This document shows, piece after piece, positions 57,965-64,000 of a stretch of DNA of 64,000 nucleotides (position 1 is its first letter; every line of letters begins with the position of its first letter). The translations under genes were made by a program, and so were the position numbers. This stretch comes from Guillardia theta CCMP2712 (lineage: Eukaryota; Protista; Cryptophyta). Under the pieces are notes generated by a model. That model had not been told where the DNA came from, searched no databases, and was given only the letters and a program-made list of their open reading frames with translations. The DNA lies in the NCBI RefSeq assembly GCF_000315625.1, contig NW_005434665.1, positions 426,882 through 490,881 of the forward strand, written 5' to 3'.

Positions 57965-58235
57965 GACCACCGTACGGTCGGTGTCGTTCACAGTTCATTG
58001 TTGTCAGCCGCTTGAGACGGTCACAGTCTGTGCGGGTGCCGTCCGACTCAATTATTGTCCGATCGCAGCTTCTGAGTCCGAACAAAAGTCCGGCTGCGGC
58101 CGGTCTTCTGTGCGCGGCCGGAAGATCTGACTCTAAAGAATCTGTGCCATGGGACTGCGGCCCACACAGAGACTCAGGTCCATTCGTTCAAAGGCTTGAA
58201 TGACAGGCAAGCTGCGGTCATCAGTGCGGTGTCGG
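57965..58235. repeat. GC-rich intergenic island (weaker)
   Basis: CCGTACGG, CGGCCG, GACTCA, GTCACAGT words. Confidence 0.45.
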
Positions 58236-58736
58236 GGGGGTTGCTCGGACTGACCCCCATGGCCCTCTGGTCCTCAAGTTGGGGGTCAGCAGTCGGCAGG
58301 ATGAGGGTTGGTTCTCACTGACGGTCTTTTCTCCTCTCTCTGTATGGCCTGTGCGACAGTGTCAGGGTCCAGTCCCTTCTTGATTTAATATTGTCTATCT
58401 TCTGCCCTTTCTGTTGGTCATTGATCAGTTCTGAGGCGGGGTTTATTCTCCTAGGCATCGTCCCCAGCTAGTCGCCTACAAACTGGGTATGCTGAGCATG
58501 AGCCTTGGGCGGGAGGAGCAGGAAGACGAGACAAGGAGCACATGCAGACAGAGAGACAGAGAGACGAGAGAGATGAGACGATCAGTGTGGAGCAATCGAT
58601 GGCCAACAATAGCAGCCATTGAACTTTTAATTCATGTCACGATGAAATTTGCATCTGTTTGTGGACCATATCTCACTGCCTATTGCTGATTTCTGATAAA
58701 CGAAAATCTTTTATTTGTCATTGCTTTATCTAGGAG

Positions 58737-61419
58737 ATGTTGATTCTGAAATCGTTGAATCAACAAAAGTATTCGGATCTCCCTTTGGATGAAAGGTTGG
58801 TCTTACAATTTTGTATGATGCCACCGGTGATACTCGATCAAAGCAAAAATGTGCTTTTTGGACGATGCGAAAGTTGTCAAGTAACCCTACTCTTGTTGGC
58901 TTGAAATGCTTGCACTAAGCCCAACATTAGGTGGTGTCGCATAACAGCTTCATGTCAAAAATCCATGCTCGACTTGTTACTCAGACAAATAATGACCAGG
59001 TTGTTTCTTTGATGGGATGGTCGATTGTGTTTGATCCTACGTTGATGAAAACAGCTCGAAGTGACTTTGCATGACTTGAGTACCAACGGAACGTATGTCA
59101 ACGACGATAAGATTGGAAGGGGCAACCACGTGAAGCTCAAGGTCCTCTCTTGTTCGTAAGTCCTGCAAGGTTTTCACGCCAATGCAGGTGGGCGACTGTA
59201 TCTCTGTTGGCAAACCTCCACGGAGGCAACAAGATGGCGTCTTGGTGGACTGGTGGGCTTGGTATGGAGACAACGAGGCATGTCCAGGGAAGCGCTTCTT
59301 TCTCCGGATGAAAGACCCAGCATTTCATGCCATCGACAAGATGACCTACTCCATCGGGCGGGCTGAATCCTCCGACCTTGCCTTGACCATGCCCCAAGTC
59401 AGCAGCCTCCACTGCAAGATCACCTTCACCCCCAAGAGCAGGGAAGATGGCGTTTTCGGCGGCATGGACGATGACAGGGAGTACGAGGTCAAGCTCGAGC
59501 ACCTCTCTCGCACCAACCCCACCTATGTCAACGACAAGGTCGTGGAGAGTTTCTGCATCCTCCAGCACCTCGACGTCATTCACGTTGCCCTCAAGACCCG
59601 AGACCCTATCCTGTTCATCGATAAGAGAAGTCAGGTGTTGTTGCCTTTGATGCAATGATCGAGTCGGTTTATTTGTCCGCAAGTCTTTTGTTTCTTACAG
59701 GCTGGACGAGATTCAAGAGTCTGCTAGCCTCCGCACGGTTGAGAATGTGTCTAGTCAGCAAGCTGAGGAGCTACCTTCGTCGCAGGCCGAATATGCTGGT
59801 GAGGGATCAGGAATTGTTGTTGCCGCCCTCTGAGAAGCACTTTGTAGGGTTGAGGGACAAATACTTTAGTCTGGGGTCGATCGACATAAACCGGGGCTCT
59901 GGGATAGAGGTATAAAGGGGGGAAACAGACGGGCTGACATGTGATGGGAAGTGAAGGTGCGCCGAGTCAAACGGAAATCAGATCAGCAGATCTTTGTTTG
60001 CAAGAAGTTCGTGGGGCTGCCGAGGAGATCCAAGAACTCTGAAGCAAAACACAAGAAGGAGATTGACCTGCTCATGTCGATTAAGCATCCGAATGTACAG
60101 GACTTGTCTCATTGTTCTGTCTTCCCCAGTAGATCATACTTGAATGTGTCAGATTGTCAAGTTGGAAGATGTCTGCGTCGCCCGTTCGTCCGTCTGCCTC
60201 ATCATGGAGCAAGTGATGTTTTCTCGCCTCATCATCTCGATGAAGCATGAGGCTCAGACTCTCCCACAGCTTGCAGGCGATCTCTTCAAGTACTTGCTGA
60301 AAGTGATGAGCACCTCCAAGTCCGTGAAAAACGGCATCGAGGAAGACCTGGTCCTCGTTTCCTTCTCGTCCTTTGGCTCTGTTGAACTTCTCCCGCAGGC
60401 CAAGAAATGGATCAGCCAAGTCCTTGACGCCTTAGACTACCTCCATGACAAGAAAGTGAGTCATCCTCGGAATCCTCTTGCCGCTGATTCCATTCCATGA
60501 TGGCCCCGCTCTCAGATCGTCCATCGCGACATCAAGGCTGAGAACATCCTCCTCACTGAAATGACGCCCGAAGCGACAGCCAAGGTTCTTGGCCGCGCCC
60601 TCCCTCTTTCGAGCTTCTGATGGCTGACTCGCAGCTCTGTGACTTCGGAGAATCCAAGTTAATTCCGAGTGGGTGAGAACCTGAGGCGGGCAGCCGCGTT
60701 GTTGTGGATGACGAGGGCTGCAGACGGAGCTCGACTCGTCAGATAGGAACACATGGCTTCATGGCGCCCGAGATCTGCGAGAAGGACGGTGAGGAGACAG
60801 TCTTTCGATCCCTTCCTCCTCCTCTGACCTCGGTGTGACAGGCAAGCCGTATGACTTCAAGGTCGACTTGTGGTCGCTGGGGATCACCTTGTATCAAGTG
60901 CTTAGCGGCTGGAATGTCGATGACATTGGTGAGGGAGGAGGAGGAAGGAGTGTGGTGGGGAACCAATTTTCCAAGCTCACATGCTGGCAGAAGCGACAGG
61001 TGTCGGGACTCTCTCCTGCTCGGAAGCAGATGAAGATCAGAGCCATGAAGATATCGACAGAGCGTTCCCAGGAGAAGTGAGCCGCCTCTGCCCTGCCCTG
61101 CCCTGCCCTGCCCTGCCCTGCCCTGCCCTGCCCTGCCCTGCCCTGCCCTGCCCTGCTCCCTCACACAGCGAGCAGGAATGGGAAAACCGCAGCAGGGAAG
61201 TGAAGGACTTGATCACATGCCTCCTCAAGCGAAACCCGGAGGACCGACCGACCATCAAGGTGACGTGTCATGTCCCCGGTCAGCGGCGGGCTGATTCTTG
61301 GACTACAGGAAGCGAAGCGACATAAGTGGTTCCTCCCCGGCGCTGAAGGGCTTGCGGATGAAGAAGCAGCCGCTGCCATGCACACCAGATCGAAGAAGCG
61401 AGCGAGAGCTTCGAGATAG
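58737..61419 (+). CDS. Ser/Thr kinase (CAMK/Chk2-like) with two N-terminal FHA domains
   Basis: FHA1: FGRCE...SKIHA...DLSTNGTYVN. FHA2: IGRAE...SSLHC...LSRTNPTYVN. Kinase: VCKK, KEIDLL..IKHPN|IVKL, HRDIKAENILL, CDFG, GTHGFMAPE, DLWSLGI. Confidence 0.9.
61088..61156. repeat. (GCCCT)n intronic microsatellite
   Basis: Read directly. Confidence 0.95.
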
Positions 61420-61554
61420 CAAGAGAGGATGAAGGCCTCGGAAAGGGGAAGAGGAAGTGAATTTAGTACTTACAACATGAGTCGTTAAGAGTATATAGAA
61501 GGGATTCAACGAGCATAAAGATGACTCTGGCGAATCATCGTAGCACTGGCAACG

Positions 61555-61660
61555 GCACTGGGCTCCGCTGCAACAGAACCAGCCCGCAGCCCGGGGCCCG
61601 GGCTGGGCCCCGGCGCCGCGCGGCGCCGCGCGGTCCAGCTCAGTAGTACTACGGAACTTG
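61555..61660. repeat. Short GC-rich intergenic island
   Basis: CAGCCCGGGGCCCGGGCTG near-palindrome; tandem GGCGCCGCGC. Confidence 0.5.
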
Positions 61661-62088
61661 ACTTTCAGTAAAGTTTTAAAGTTAGAGTGAAGGCTTGATT
61701 GCGACGACAGTTACATGCTAACCGTGAGCAGTTACACACTTTGAGGCTTGTCAAGTACCATGGCGGGGGCGATAGCCGATTTCGATCATGATCGACAGGT
61801 GAAGGAGGAGGAGGAGGAGGAGGGTGAGAAGAAGGAGAAGAGATATGTTGGCAGAAAGAACGAGGAGTTGAGTGACCGTACCAAGAGCGTCAGAGCAGGA
61901 CTGAGAAGAGGAGGGGAAAGTTGAGAGCGAAATGACGAGATTGAGAGAGAAAATAAAGGAGACCAGTAAGAACAAGAGATGGATGTTGCTGGTGATTCAT
62001 CACGCCTGTGAGCGTTGGATCTTGGCGAAGTGGCGGAGGTGGAGGTAGGGGAAGGGGAGGAGGAAGCAGGAGCAGCAAGGGAGACCAG

Positions 62089-63755
62089 ATGCCATGGCTC
62101 TCACGCTCAAGGCAGATGCTCAAGAGCGAAGACAAGCAGGCGTTTGGGATCGGAATAACCTTCATGCGGGTCGAGGACCCGGCGGGGAAAGGGTCCAAGG
62201 TAATCGTCAATCAGCTCATCAAGCATGGCTCAGCCGAGATCGACGGGTCGCTGAAGGAGGGAGACGTCATCACACACGTCAACGGCGTCTCCCTGGTGCC
62301 TCCCCCGCTGGTTGTCGACCGATGGAGGCTGACGAGTTTGACTGCAGGTCGGGCTGGACGACGAGGAGGTCAGGAGATGCATCCGTGGCGCTAGCGGCAG
62401 CAGCGTGCAAATCCGTTACCAGAGGAACTCAAACAGCAAGGAGGTTTGCCTTGAAAGAGGGAACGCCGGGTACTGGGGGCTGAGGGAGGAGCTTGAGGGG
62501 CTGAGAGCCTCCGCTGCTGGCCTTGAGCTCGAGAAGCGAGCGATGCAGCAGAGCATGATTGAGCTGCAGCGGCGGCTGGAGCAGGAGAAGGTGAGCAGGG
62601 TGGAGGCGGAGGAGAAGCTACAGTCGCTGGACTTCGAGGTGAAGAACTTGAAGAGGTCGAGCAAGGAACAGGCAGACGAGCTGGGCAAGTGGAGGGCGGA
62701 GGCATCGGAGATGAGGGAGAAGGTGACGAGGTTGAGCTCGGAGCTCAAGGCGGAGGTGTACGAGAAGAATGCGGCGGAGGAGAGGGAAAACCTGATGCAG
62801 AAGAAGTTCCTGGAGGAGCTGCACGAGAGGAAGAGGATGGAGAGTGACTACGAGGTCCTGATCGAGGGCCTCCGGTCGCAGTCGACCTTCCTGAAGAGGA
62901 GGGTGGAACAGGAGGAGGAGCAGATCCGATCGCTGGCAGCGGGGAGCGAGGAGGCGCAGGAGGGCTTGAGGAGTCAGCAGCGGCACATGGAGAGGATGGA
63001 GCTTGTGATCGCGAAGCTCGAGACAAACTTGGAGGACGCGCGCAGGTCGCTGAGCAGGAGCGAAGCCAGGCACGAGGTGGCGCAGGAGAGGATAAGAAAG
63101 TTGGATGTAAGAGACTTGTGCTCCTTCATTGCATCCTCTCCTCCCTCCTCTGCTGCTCCCTCCTTGCCTCCTCCTCTGCTCCTCTGCTCCCTCCTCTGCT
63201 CCCTCCTCTGCTGCTCTGCTGCTCTGCTCCTCCCTCCTCTGCTCCTCTGCTCCTCTGCTCCTCTGCTCCTGTCCCCCTCCTCTCTATATCTTCTTCTATC
63301 CCCCTCCCCTCCTGATGCTGATTCCTCCTGCTCTCGCATGCTCTCCAGTGCTTCCTCCCCTTATCCCGATGCAGGCCGAGGTCAACCGGCTCGAAGCTCA
63401 GGCTGCTCGCGTGCACGACGAGCTCGCCGCTCACATGCGAGCTGAAGGAGAGCTGGAGAGAGAGAAGACGCTCGTGCGAGCGCAGCTGGAGGCTGAGCGG
63501 GGGAGGATGGAGGCGATGAGCTCGATGGCATGGAAACAGGCAGATCGACTTGCGCAGCTCGAGGAGGACACGATGGTGAAGATGCTGCGACTGGAGCTGC
63601 AGCAGAAGGATGGGAGGATCCTTGTGCTGGAGGAGGAGCTGGAGGAGGTGAACAAGAGGCTGGAGAGGCAGCAGAGCTCGAGCAAGGCTGCGAGGGAGCA
63701 GCTGGCGTGTGCGGAGGAGGAGAAGGAGGTGAGGAGGAAGAGGAAGGAGTTCTGA
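62089..63755 (+). CDS. PDZ domain + long coiled-coil protein
   Basis: FGIGITF...VIVNQLIKHGSAEIDGSLKEGDVITHVNGVSL|VGL...IRGASGSSVQI, followed by E/K/R/L heptad-rich exons. Confidence 0.85.
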
Positions 63756-64000
63756 TGCCTGAGGAGGAGTTTGACTGACAGGCAATGAGGGCTGAAATCA
63801 TTCTGGTGAAAGAGCACGCACAGTTACAGCAGAGGAACAGCCTGCAAGCTCAGCACCAGGTTGGATGATCAGGGGGAGAGGAGGAGGAGGGAGGAGGGAG
63901 GAGGGAGGAGGGAGGAGGGAGGAGGGAGGAGGGAGGAGGGAGGAGGAGACGGGGTGGGGGGAGACGGGGGAAATGGGGGAGGGAAGGTCGAAGTAGGCCA

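Noticed and set aside
1-64000. CRISPR arrays, rRNA, tRNA, prokaryotic operons, selenocysteine read-through
   Set aside because: No repeat-spacer arrays or recognisable structural RNAs seen. In-frame stops are explained by short introns.

Overview
This is gene-dense eukaryotic nuclear DNA with many short (about 45-80 nt) GT-AG introns, purine/pyrimidine microsatellites inside introns and one 100-N gap. Signal-peptide+Phe plastid presequences and a candidate ejectisome protein point to a cryptophyte alga (inference). I hand-spliced about 25 genes. They include an Asp/Asn beta-hydroxylase, an SMP-30-type propeller, a Mutator transposase-SWIM-CCHC-Ulp1 fusion, an F-box-like beta-helix protein, a GT49 glycosyltransferase, TRIP4/ASC-1, a Cys-poor mitochondrial ferredoxin and SMC4. 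Further along are a plastid thermonuclease, a sterol desaturase, Sec1, a Rubisco-LSMT-like protein, a double-KH protein, ERGIC3, a nucleoside hydrolase, an NDUFA3-like subunit, an FHA-FHA kinase and a PDZ coiled-coil protein. The most interesting items are four. (1) Two micro-genes missed by the ORF track (33 aa, and a 56-aa ejectisin/Tri-like heptad protein) share one promoter/5'-UTR-intron architecture. (2) A MULE-derived gene has no visible TIRs and Asn at the predicted first DDE Asp, while its SUMO-protease triad is intact. (3) Two recurrent classes of intergenic element are present: GC islands with TGA(C/G)TCA sites, and strand-oriented GGGT-rich blocks. (4) Several proteins look like pseudo-enzymes or have degenerate metal sites. 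Exon boundaries were read by eye and no database searches were run.
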